From the NCBI GenBank assembly GCA_964637655.1, contig CAZWUZ010000006.1, positions 1-35,946 of the forward strand: 35,946 nt of DNA. The letters are read 5' to 3'. Of the stretch, positions 9,172 to 17,434 are shown in pieces. The first letter of the stretch is position 1; every line of letters begins with the position of its first letter. The position numbers were made by a program, and so were the translations under genes. The notes below the pieces were generated by a model. The model was not told the origin of the DNA and ran no database searches. It saw only the letters and a program-made list of their open reading frames with translations. Origin of the DNA: an uncultured bacterium (GTDB lineage Bacteria > DAOPZR01).

Positions 9172-10332
9172 ATGGTTGACCAGACCGTGCTGTCCCGCCT
9201 GCTGCACAGCCGGGCCGTGCAGCGGATAAAGAATGAAATGCCGCCGGCGGTTGTGGCGCGACTGAAGCTGATGATCCCGGGCTATCACCGGCACCTCCGG
9301 TTTATCCCGCCGCGCGAGCGGTTCCTTACGGTCGTCATGGACCTGCAGAACAGCTGCAACCTCGCCTGCAAGATGTGTCACTTCGGTTTTCTTGGCGATT
9401 ACCCGAAGGAACCGTATGCTATTTCTCCGGCTAATTTCCGCCGTTTTGCCGATAATGTCCTTACCCGCACGGAGGAAATAGCCTTCTCGCCGTGCACGGA
9501 ACCGCTCATGCACCCGCAGTACGGGGAACTGCTCGACATCCTGGCCGAGTATCGCGTGCCGAAAATGTGGATGATGACCAACCTCAACCTGCTCACCCCG
9601 GCGATTGCGGAAAAGCTGGTGGCGATGCGCTTCGAGCGACTGCTGATCTCGCTCGACAGCTTCCGGCCGGAGGTTTACGAGTCGATCAAATGCAAGTCGA
9701 ATTTTGCGCGGGTGATCGATAATATCAAGATGGTCCAGGACATCAAACGCCGCACCGGCAGCGTGTACCCGAAAATCCATTTCAATTTCGTGCTGATGAA
9801 AACCACGGTCGACAATTATCCCGGCTACCTTGATTTCGTCGAATCGATTGGCGGGGAGCAGGTCGGCTTTTTCCATGTCGTGGTCTACCAGGGCGTGGAG
9901 AAGATGCGGGGCGAGAGCATGTGGCATCACCGCGAGCTGTACAACCGTTTTCATGATCAGGTGACGGCCGATGCGCGGCGCACGGGGATAAATATCGAAC
10001 GGCTGCCGGGAAAATTCGGGCAACCCGCCGCACCTGCCGACTGCGGTGCGGATGCCGGCGCTCCGCTGTGCCGCTATCCGTGGTATATCCTCGTGGTCTA
10101 TCCGCAGGGTAGTTTTAAACCCTGCGAATTCTGGTTCAACCAGAAGGTCTGGGGCAACCTGGTTACCGACCGTTTTGAGGATGTCTGGAACAGCGAGGAC
10201 TACCGCCGCCTGCGCTGGGAAGTCGATACGCGCCGGCCGTCGCGGTCCTGCTGCCGGAACTGCGTGTCCATGGCCGCGCTCGACGGCAGACCCGGCAGTG
10301 GCGATGCCTTCCGCGAGATTGTCTTCGAATGA
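9172..10332 (+). CDS. radical SAM enzyme, twitch/partial-SPASM type (paralog 2)
   Basis: Collinear paralog of 8045..9169, with CNLACKMCHFGF, SLD, CEFWFNQKVWGNL, YRRLRWE and CCRNCVSM all conserved. ATG at 9172 lies 10 nt after AGGA. The track ORF start at 9166 is a TTG overlapping the upstream stop. Confidence 0.85.
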   Translation: MVDQTVLSRLLHSRAVQRIKNEMPPAVVARLKLMIPGYHRHLRFIPPRERFLTVVMDLQNSCNLACKMCHFGFLGDYPKEPYAISPANFRRFADNVLTRTEEIAFSPCTEPLMHPQYGELLDILAEYRVPKMWMMTNLNLLTPAIAEKLVAMRFERLLISLDSFRPEVYESIKCKSNFARVIDNIKMVQDIKRRTGSVYPKIHFNFVLMKTTVDNYPGYLDFVESIGGEQVGFFHVVVYQGVEKMRGESMWHHRELYNRFHDQVTADARRTGINIERLPGKFGQPAAPADCGADAGAPLCRYPWYILVVYPQGSFKPCEFWFNQKVWGNLVTDRFEDVWNSEDYRRLRWEVDTRRPSRSCCRNCVSMAALDGRPGSGDAFREIVFE

Positions 10333-13055
10333 CCGATATCACTATCATCATCACGCCCTATACCATCATCAATTACCCTGCCATTGGTATCGGGTACCTG
10401 TATGCCTTTCTTACCGGGCGCGGCTACACCGTGCGGGTCATTGACTTGTCCAGCATGCTGCAAACCAGGTACCGTGAAAAACTTGCCGACAACCCGGCGG
10501 ACCGTGAACTGTGGCTCGATGAGCGGCGGGTGGCGGCGGTATTTGCCGGTTTGGAGGGGCAGGGGTGGTTCCGGGAACTGCTGGCCGTGATAACCAGCCC
10601 GCTGGTGGGGTTCACTTTATTTGACCCGTGCGTGCTGAGCGCCTGTCGCATGGCGCGCCTGTTGCGCGCGCGCCGGCCGGAAGTGAAAATTATCGCCGGC
10701 GGTCCGCGCGTCATTGACCCGGACTGGTGCGGCAGCCTGATCCCGCCGGAACCGCTGTTCGATGCCTTTGTCCATGGCGAGGGCGAGCTGGCGCTGGCGG
10801 CCCTGGTGGCGGCGGAAAAGGCGGGCGAATGGGGGCGGGCCATTCCCGGAGTTTCGTATGTGGTCGACGGCGGCCGGCGGCCGGGTCCGGCCGCCGAACC
10901 GGTTGCCGACCTGGATTCCCTGCCAATGCCCTCGTTTGCCTGGGCGAAGGAATTTCGCTATTTCACGGACCAGCTGCCCCTGCTGTTCAGTCGCGGGTGC
11001 ATCAGTCGCTGCATGTTTTGCGATGTCGATCGCTATTGGCCGGCGTTCCGGCAGCGTTCGGCCGCCTCGATGGCCGCCGAGGTTGAGCGGCAGGTCCGGG
11101 AGCACGGGACCAATGAGTTCTATTTCTGCGATTCCCTGATCAATGCCAATCCGCGCCGGCTTGAGGAGTTTTGCCGGCTGATCGTTGCCCGTGGCGTGAC
11201 GGTAGAATTCCACGGGATTGGCATCACCCGGGGCATGACGCCGGAACTGCTGCGCCTGATGTACGCGGCGGGGTTCCGCGTCTTTGAATACGGGGTCGAA
11301 AGCGGGTCGCAGCGGGTCCTGACGGCTATGCGGAAGCTGCACGCGGCGGCGGATATCGGGCCGACCATCCGCGCGACGGCTCAGGCCGGGATCAAGGCGA
11401 ATATTGACCTCATCGTCGGGTTTCCCGGAGAGACCGAAGATGACTTCCGCGCGACCTGCGACATGGTGCGGGATAATGCGCGCTGGATCAGCAAGGTGGT
11501 GGGACTCGACTGCTGCAATCTGGGCCGGGACCGCGCGGCGGCCCGCGGCCTGGACAAGGCCTATGGCATGACCTACCGCGGTGCCGGCTCGCATGACGAC
11601 TGGTCGGACGCGCACGGCAATACGCCGGAAAGCCGCACCCGACGGAAACTGGAACTGTACCGTTTGATTCGCGAGCTTAACCTGCCGGTCAGTGAATATG
11701 TGCATTCGCTGGAAATGGCGTCGCGCCGCCGACTGGGGCTGGCCGACGCTCACGACCGGGAGGAATACCTCGCGGCTTCCGGGCGCCGGGCTGCCCGGGT
11801 ATTGCGGCCGGACGGGCTGCGGCGCATCGCGGTGGTCGACCTGCTCTTCCAATGGCCGCCCGATGGCGGCGCCCGCACGGATGTGAAGGAGATCACCGCC
11901 CGCCTCGCCCGCGATTACGAGGTGAAACTCTTTGTGCCGGACCTGGATTTCGTGTTCCCGCGCGGGCGTGGGGCGGAACTGCCGGGTTTCCCGGTGGAAA
12001 AGGTCCCGACTTCCCCTCTGAGTTTTAACGCACTTGAATTCCCTGAGCGTTTGCGCGCGGCGGTGGGAAACTTCGCGCCCGACCTGGTATTCTTCACCGA
12101 CGGCTGGTACATGAAGACCCCGGTGCTGCGCAGTTTCGCTGATTACCGCTATGTCATCCGCTTCTATGCTTATGAAGGGCTTTGCTTGCGTCAGCACGGC
12201 ACCTTTTTCGTCAACGACCGGCTCTGCCGGCGCGATTACCTGAAGAACGGCGGCGATGAATGGCTGGCCTGCACCGAGTGCGCGCTGGCCTGGTTATGGC
12301 AGTCGCGGAGCAAGGTGTTTGCGCAGGAATACCTTGCCAGCGGCGCCTTCCTGCCCGGACACCGGCGGCGGGTGCGCAGCACCCTGCGCCAGGCGGCGGG
12401 GATCGTCTGCTATAACGATTACATCCGGGAAAAGCTGCAACCGTACAATCAAAAGGTGTTTATCTGTCCGAGCGGCATCGATCCCGACCTGTTCGCCTAT
12501 CGCGAGGGGCGGGAAACCGACCTGCTTCGACAGGATAGCATCACCCTGCTGATGGCCGGGCGGGTTTCCGACCGGGGCAAAGGGTATCATACGCTGCGGG
12601 CGGCCTACGACAAACTGAAAAAACGCTACCCGCAGCTGCGCCTGATGGTCACGCGCGAGACGGTTTATAACCGCACGGACCGCGACGTGATAACCTTCGA
12701 CTGGCAGACGCAGGAGAATCTGCCGGCGCTGTACGCGCAGGCGGACATTTGCGTGGTCCCGTCGGTGTGGCCGGAACCGTTCGGTATTGTCGCGCTCGAG
12801 GCGATGGCCAGCGGTGTGCCGGTGGTGGTGGCCGCGTCCGGCGGACTGCAGCATATCGTTGCCGACGGGGTGGATGGTCTGGTGTTTGCCGCGGGCGATG
12901 CCGATGACCTGGCAGCGAAACTGGAGTTGCTGATCAGCAATGCGCAACTCTATCGCCGGGTGCGCGAACGGGCGCGGGGCAAGGCCGAGACATACAATTG
13001 GGAACGGGTCTATTGCCAGGTACGTGAAGCGCTCGAAACAGCTTATCGCGTTTGA
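10329..13055 (+). CDS. bifunctional B12-binding radical SAM enzyme (N) / GT4 family glycosyltransferase (C)
   Basis: N-terminus carries a B12-binding domain (IIAGGP...) and an rSAM cysteine motif FSRGCISRCMFCDV with a TIM-barrel region (IVGFPGETEDD). The C-terminal ~350 aa is a GT-B/GT4 retaining glycosyltransferase (VVPSVWPEPFGIVALEAMASGVPVV, the E-x7-E region). 908 aa. ATGA overlap with the upstream gene. Confidence 0.85.
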   Translation: MTDITIIITPYTIINYPAIGIGYLYAFLTGRGYTVRVIDLSSMLQTRYREKLADNPADRELWLDERRVAAVFAGLEGQGWFRELLAVITSPLVGFTLFDPCVLSACRMARLLRARRPEVKIIAGGPRVIDPDWCGSLIPPEPLFDAFVHGEGELALAALVAAEKAGEWGRAIPGVSYVVDGGRRPGPAAEPVADLDSLPMPSFAWAKEFRYFTDQLPLLFSRGCISRCMFCDVDRYWPAFRQRSAASMAAEVERQVREHGTNEFYFCDSLINANPRRLEEFCRLIVARGVTVEFHGIGITRGMTPELLRLMYAAGFRVFEYGVESGSQRVLTAMRKLHAAADIGPTIRATAQAGIKANIDLIVGFPGETEDDFRATCDMVRDNARWISKVVGLDCCNLGRDRAAARGLDKAYGMTYRGAGSHDDWSDAHGNTPESRTRRKLELYRLIRELNLPVSEYVHSLEMASRRRLGLADAHDREEYLAASGRRAARVLRPDGLRRIAVVDLLFQWPPDGGARTDVKEITARLARDYEVKLFVPDLDFVFPRGRGAELPGFPVEKVPTSPLSFNALEFPERLRAAVGNFAPDLVFFTDGWYMKTPVLRSFADYRYVIRFYAYEGLCLRQHGTFFVNDRLCRRDYLKNGGDEWLACTECALAWLWQSRSKVFAQEYLASGAFLPGHRRRVRSTLRQAAGIVCYNDYIREKLQPYNQKVFICPSGIDPDLFAYREGRETDLLRQDSITLLMAGRVSDRGKGYHTLRAAYDKLKKRYPQLRLMVTRETVYNRTDRDVITFDWQTQENLPALYAQADICVVPSVWPEPFGIVALEAMASGVPVVVAASGGLQHIVADGVDGLVFAAGDADDLAAKLELLISNAQLYRRVRERARGKAETYNWERVYCQVREALETAYRV

Positions 13056-13070
13056 TGCCGCCGCCTGAGA

Positions 13071-14807
13071 TCAGGTGCGCGGGGCGAGTCGGCGCAGCAG
13101 CGGCTTGAGCAGATCGATGGCATGGATGAGCCGCGCCTGCAGCATGGTGTCACCGAAGCCATCGAGATTGATGTCCCGCTGCGGCAATGCGGTGCGGCCG
13201 ACCGGCTGCAGGCGGCCGAGCTGGGCGAGCACGACGGTCTGCACGCCGGTGTAATTCCATAACCCGTCATCCGTAAGTCTGAGTTCAGCCTGCACCTCGT
13301 GTGCGATGGCCTGCAGGGACCGGTTGCCGTCGCAGCGCCGGTAGAACGCATGCAGAAACGCGAGTAATTCAGCCGTGCGTGTGACGCGCAAGAGCGGCGA
13401 ACTGCCGGGCGGAGTGAAGCCGTACTGCGTGGCGATCTGGGCCTTGACGCAGATCAGCAGGTCGCGATAGGTCAGTTCCGGGGTCTGCTGTTGCGGGCGT
13501 TCGTCCAGCAGGGTGCGCGGCAGGAAATTCACGCGGTGATGGTAATAGTCGCGCCAGGTCCGGGTGTTGACCAATCCGAGCCGGGACGCGTCGGCATGCA
13601 ATTGCGTGCCCGGGTGGGGGGTGCAGAGCTGGCCGACATACAACGGCACCGGCATGTGATGGAAATGGGCAATCGGGTCGCAGCCAGCCAGCATGGCATC
13701 GATGAACTCGGCCTGGCGGTAATAAGTTTGCAGGGTATCACCGGGATTGAGCGCCATGTAGGTGAACAGGGGAACGAGTCCGGCGCGCTTGAGCAGTTCC
13801 GCCGCGATTCGGGTATCGGCCAAATCATCATCCTTGTGCACCGCCGCGCTGGCTTGCGGGTCGGCGCTTTCGATGCCCATTTCCAACCCGAGGCAGCCGG
13901 CGCGCTTGAGGAGGGGCAGCAGGTCGCCGCAGGCGCGGACATGGGCGGCGCGGGTCAGGCCAATCCAGCGGGTGTCCGGGGCGCGGGCGATGAGCAGTTC
14001 ACACAGGCGGGTGACCTGCCCGCGGTCGAGCAGCAGGTTATCATCCCAGAAATGGATGCTGGTCAGGCCGTATTGGCGGCGGATGGCGATGATTTCATCG
14101 ACGATATTGTCCGGCGAGCGCCAGCGCAGGCGCCGTCGCCAGAAAACCGGCGAAACGCAGTACGAACAGTTGTAGGGACAGCCGCGCGAGCCGATGACCG
14201 GCATGCGCCGGCCGCCGATGAGGTGCAGCGGCGTGTCGTAGTTGGCGAGCGGCATAAGGTCCCAGGCGGGGAAAGGCAGGGCGTCGAGGTCGGGCAGCAG
14301 TTCCCGCTCCCCGGTGAATGCCGGTTTCCCGTCGGCCGCGCGATACCACAGGCCGCGGATGCCGGCCGGGTCGCCGCCGCGGTTCAGGTCCCGGATGAGT
14401 TCGGGCAGCGTTGCCTCCGCTTCGCCGACGACAACAAAATCAGCGAAAGCCAGCGCGGCGGCGGGAAAAATGCTGGGATGCACACCCCCGGCGATGACCC
14501 GGGATCCGGCGGGCAGCAGCGGCCGCGCGCGGCGGGCCAGTTCCTCCGCGGCGTCCGCCATCGGGGTCCAGTAGGAGAGGCAGAGCAGGTCGGGCGCGGC
14601 GGCGGCGATGCGCGGCAGGGCGTCGGCGACGGTGAGGTTGCCCGACTGCAGGTCGAGAAACTGCAGGTTGAGGCCGGGCAGGTCGCGGCGCAGGACGGCC
14701 ATGAGATAGGCGATCCCGAGCGGCATCACCCGTTTGTGCCGGGCATTGACCTCGAGCGGCGGCTGGATGAACAGCACGGAGCGGACCGGCGAAGCTGGGC
14801 GGTTCAT
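13071..14807 (-). CDS. B12-binding radical SAM enzyme (class B)
   Basis: N-terminus MNRPASPVRSVLFIQPP...MPLGIAYLMAVL is a B12-binding domain. Cysteine motif IGSRGCPYNCSYCVSP. Start ATG at 14805-14807 (minus) overlaps the stop of the upstream GT4 (ATGA). The longer track ORF to 15197 is an N-terminal read-through artefact overlapping that GT4. Confidence 0.85.
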   Translation of the reverse strand: MNRPASPVRSVLFIQPPLEVNARHKRVMPLGIAYLMAVLRRDLPGLNLQFLDLQSGNLTVADALPRIAAAAPDLLCLSYWTPMADAAEELARRARPLLPAGSRVIAGGVHPSIFPAAALAFADFVVVGEAEATLPELIRDLNRGGDPAGIRGLWYRAADGKPAFTGERELLPDLDALPFPAWDLMPLANYDTPLHLIGGRRMPVIGSRGCPYNCSYCVSPVFWRRRLRWRSPDNIVDEIIAIRRQYGLTSIHFWDDNLLLDRGQVTRLCELLIARAPDTRWIGLTRAAHVRACGDLLPLLKRAGCLGLEMGIESADPQASAAVHKDDDLADTRIAAELLKRAGLVPLFTYMALNPGDTLQTYYRQAEFIDAMLAGCDPIAHFHHMPVPLYVGQLCTPHPGTQLHADASRLGLVNTRTWRDYYHHRVNFLPRTLLDERPQQQTPELTYRDLLICVKAQIATQYGFTPPGSSPLLRVTRTAELLAFLHAFYRRCDGNRSLQAIAHEVQAELRLTDDGLWNYTGVQTVVLAQLGRLQPVGRTALPQRDINLDGFGDTMLQARLIHAIDLLKPLLRRLAPRT

Positions 14808-15925
14808 GCGTTGGTATGCCGGGTGATGATTTCCGCGAGCTGGCGGGCGAGTACGGGCAGGGCATAGCGGGCGACACAATCGTCGTGCGCGGTCTCGGCC
14901 AGTCGCGGGTAAAGGGACGGTTCGGTGAGCAGGGCGCGGCACTGGCGCACGAAGCTGGCGCGGTCGCGGAAGAGCAGGCCGTTGTCGCCGTCGCGGATGA
15001 CGCGGCGGATTTCCCCGAAATCGCTGGCCAGGACCGGCAGACCGGCAGCCATGAACTCGAATATTTTGGTCGGACTCTTGGCCGCCATCCACTGCGCGTT
15101 GGCGGGGTCGGGCAGCAGCGGCACCAGACCGACATGGCAGTTTTTCAGGAAACCGGGCATGTCCCGCGGCGGCAGCGCGCCGGCGAAATGCACCCAACTT
15201 TCATCGCCGTGCCGGCGCACGTGTTCAATTACTGCGGGGAACCATTCGCCGTCGCCGGCCAACCGCAGCGTGAGCGGGTGCGTATTGCGCACTTCGCGCA
15301 GCGCGTCGATCAGGAATACAACATTGTCATGCATCACTTTTCCCCAGATCATGCCGGTCCATGCGAATGTCGGGGTGGCAGGCAGGGTGCACGGTTGGAA
15401 AACAAACCGGCTGGTATCGACCCCGGTGGGCAGGTAATGGACTTCCGGGTGCCATTGCCGCAGCAACTCGACCAGCGCGTGGCTGGCGGCCACGCAGCAG
15501 CGGGCATGGCGCGCTACCGCGGCGGTGACGCCGGTCGCATCGGTGGCGCCGAAAATCAAGCGGTTGACGGCCGCGGAGAAGAGCGGGGAACGGTCGAGGT
15601 CCCAGTCATCGTAATCGAGGATATAGGGCAAGCCGCACAGGCGGTGCAGCAGGAACGGCGCGGCGGCATGGTAGTGGACCTTCTGCAGGTAGAGCATGGC
15701 GCCGGCCTTGGGCAGGCGGCGCAAGGCGCGCAGGGTCAGGCGCAGTCGTTCCCGCTGCGGCAGGTCGAGCATGCGGGTGCCATCGGTTATGTCGGTGAGG
15801 TGTTCCTGAAAGGAAAACACCCCCGCATCCAGTCCGGCGCGGCGGAGCGAATCGGCGAAATGATAGCAGCGAACGCGGGTATAAGGTTTGCCGTAATCGG
15901 TCAAGCCGACGAAAATGTGGCGCAT
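14804..15925 (-). CDS. GT4 family glycosyltransferase
   Basis: GT-B fold with a C-terminal GT4 motif (EFMAAGLPVLASDFGEIRRVIRDGDNGLLF). 373 aa. ATG at 15923-15925 (minus). Confidence 0.8.
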   Translation of the reverse strand: MRHIFVGLTDYGKPYTRVRCYHFADSLRRAGLDAGVFSFQEHLTDITDGTRMLDLPQRERLRLTLRALRRLPKAGAMLYLQKVHYHAAAPFLLHRLCGLPYILDYDDWDLDRSPLFSAAVNRLIFGATDATGVTAAVARHARCCVAASHALVELLRQWHPEVHYLPTGVDTSRFVFQPCTLPATPTFAWTGMIWGKVMHDNVVFLIDALREVRNTHPLTLRLAGDGEWFPAVIEHVRRHGDESWVHFAGALPPRDMPGFLKNCHVGLVPLLPDPANAQWMAAKSPTKIFEFMAAGLPVLASDFGEIRRVIRDGDNGLLFRDRASFVRQCRALLTEPSLYPRLAETAHDDCVARYALPVLARQLAEIITRHTNA

Positions 15926-15934
15926 GAGGTGGGC

Positions 15935-17434
15935 TCAGCCGCGCAACAGGCCGGCGAACGCGTTGAGGATTTTCTTGCCCGCCAGGAGCAGGCGGAAAAC
16001 GAACCGGTTCTTGATTCGGGCGACATCAGCCATGAGCGCTGAATATTCAGTGGATAAGGCGCTGAATTGGCCCTGCTTGCGTTCGAGATCGTGCCGGCAG
16101 TCGGCAAGCTGGTGATTCAAAAGGGATATTTCGTGGCGGCGGTCAGTCAGTTGCCGGTTAAGCTCAGTTGCTTGTTGGTTAAGCTCAGTTGCTTGCCGGT
16201 TAAGCTCAGCCACGGTATTGAGAAAGCGTTCGCGCTGGCTGCGGTTGTTGTCGATGCCGCGCAGCAGGGAGCGGCTCATACGGCTGATGTGGTCGGTTTT
16301 ATTGCGCAATTTCACCGGGTTGGCGCAGAAGCGGGCGAGTGCGGCGGTGGCGGCGACCGGGTCGAAACATTCCGTCGCCAGTCGCTGCGCATTGGCGCCT
16401 TTGCGGGCGCAGATGGCCGGACTGGCAAAAATTTCGTCCAGCACAGCGGTGAGCTGCTCACTGTCGGCCGGGTCGATGACCCAACCGGCGTCGTACCGGT
16501 GGATCAGGTCGCTGTAATACATCCCTTCGCTGTAGATGACCGGCAGGCCGTGGTGGAGGTATTCGACGGTGCGCGTGGTTGAGGCCAGTTCGCGTTCGGG
16601 ATTGGGTAGGTACAGTTCAACGGCGGCGGAAGCGGTCAGCAGATGCTCGTGAAAATTTTCGTGGCTGACCAATCCGCTGATGGTCACCGTCGGCTGGCCC
16701 GCCAGGCCAGCCAAACGCCGGTCGCTGTTGCGGTAGACGAAATCGCCGGCGCAGACCCGGAGCCGCCCGTTATGCCGGTGGCAGTAGTCGGCGATGGTGT
16801 TTAGCGAATCGCCGTAGTCGAGCCAGCGCCAAAGAACGCTCCCGAAAAATAATTCCGGTGGCGACGGGTATTCCCGGTGCCGCGGCGGTTCGCCGGCGCT
16901 GCTCAGCGGGCAGAGTGCGACCGGGTCGCGCTGCAGGTCGACCCCGGCCAGCATCAGGAACGGATACAGGTAGGCCTTCTGGCGGGGATTGGAGACGAGG
17001 AAAAGGTCGCCAAGGTGCAGGGTGGCGAGTTTTTTCTGGATGAAGAGGAAGTCGGCTTCGCGCTGCTCAAAGACGTTTTCCAGGGTAAGCGAGGCCGGCA
17101 GGTCGAAGACGATGGGGATGTCGCGGTTGGCCGTGTCCGGGGTAAAGGCCAGTGCGATAGTCCAGGGGGAAAACAGGATGCAATCGGGTTTGACCGAGGC
17201 GATGACTTCATTATGGTTGGCGTTGTCATGCGCCAGGTCCAGCCATTCTGCGTGAGGCGAAATGTTGTTGTGCTGTTGTAAAAAGTCGATGTTCGATTGC
17301 TGAAAGGAAATACGTACTGTATGCCCGTGCTGGCGCAAGCCGTGGCTCAGGGCATTGATGCGAACTCCGCGCCCGCCCGTGGGTATGCCAGGCAACGGAG
17401 TGAGTTCGGAAGTAAAAATCAGAATTGTGGCCAT
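15935..17434 (-). CDS. glycosyltransferase (GT-B-like N-domain) with C-terminal coiled-coil containing heptad tandem repeats and a terminal amphipathic helix
   Basis: N-terminus MATILIFTSELTPLPGIPTGGRG is GT-B-like. The C-terminal ~110 aa are coiled-coil (ELNRQATELNQQATELNRQLT...), ending in RFVFRLLLAGKKILNAFAGLL. ATG at 17432-17434 overlaps the Wzt stop (TGATG). The upstream track extension to 17620 overlaps wzt and is rejected. Confidence 0.75.
   Translation of the reverse strand: MATILIFTSELTPLPGIPTGGRGVRINALSHGLRQHGHTVRISFQQSNIDFLQQHNNISPHAEWLDLAHDNANHNEVIASVKPDCILFSPWTIALAFTPDTANRDIPIVFDLPASLTLENVFEQREADFLFIQKKLATLHLGDLFLVSNPRQKAYLYPFLMLAGVDLQRDPVALCPLSSAGEPPRHREYPSPPELFFGSVLWRWLDYGDSLNTIADYCHRHNGRLRVCAGDFVYRNSDRRLAGLAGQPTVTISGLVSHENFHEHLLTASAAVELYLPNPERELASTTRTVEYLHHGLPVIYSEGMYYSDLIHRYDAGWVIDPADSEQLTAVLDEIFASPAICARKGANAQRLATECFDPVAATAALARFCANPVKLRNKTDHISRMSRSLLRGIDNNRSQRERFLNTVAELNRQATELNQQATELNRQLTDRRHEISLLNHQLADCRHDLERKQGQFSALSTEYSALMADVARIKNRFVFRLLLAGKKILNAFAGLLRG
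16151..16213. repeat. 21-bp tandem repeat (about 2.9 copies) ttgccggttaagctcagttgc inside the coiled-coil coding region
   Basis: Direct reading of 16151-16171, 16172-16192 (2 mismatches) and 16193-16213 (partial). The unit length is a multiple of 3, so on the minus strand it encodes ATELNRQ heptads. Confidence 0.9.

Noticed and set aside
10617-12197. 526-aa minus-strand ORF opposite the rSAM-GT4 fusion gene
   Set aside because: It has no recognizable motifs and an Arg/Pro/His-rich composition typical of spurious antisense ORFs in GC-rich sequence. The sense strand has convincing domain signatures.
13056-13070. Possible bidirectional terminator between convergent genes at 13055/13071 (ctgagatcag)
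   Set aside because: Only a short imperfect palindrome in a 15-nt gap. There is no GC-rich stem with a U-tract.
14808-15197. N-terminal extension of the B12-rSAM track ORF (to 15197) and similar extensions at 17435-17620, 19831-19974, 27622-27711, 27833-27877
   Set aside because: The extensions overlap the upstream genes or SD sequences. Internal ATGs coincide with the stop/start overlaps and with conserved N-termini of the respective families.
13491-16042. Two long plus-strand ORFs (13491-14867 and 14816-16042) opposite the B12-rSAM and GT4 genes
   Set aside because: Their translations are Gly/Ala/Arg/Val low-complexity without motifs. The minus-strand genes have rSAM CxxxCxxC and GT4 signatures and correct operon junctions.
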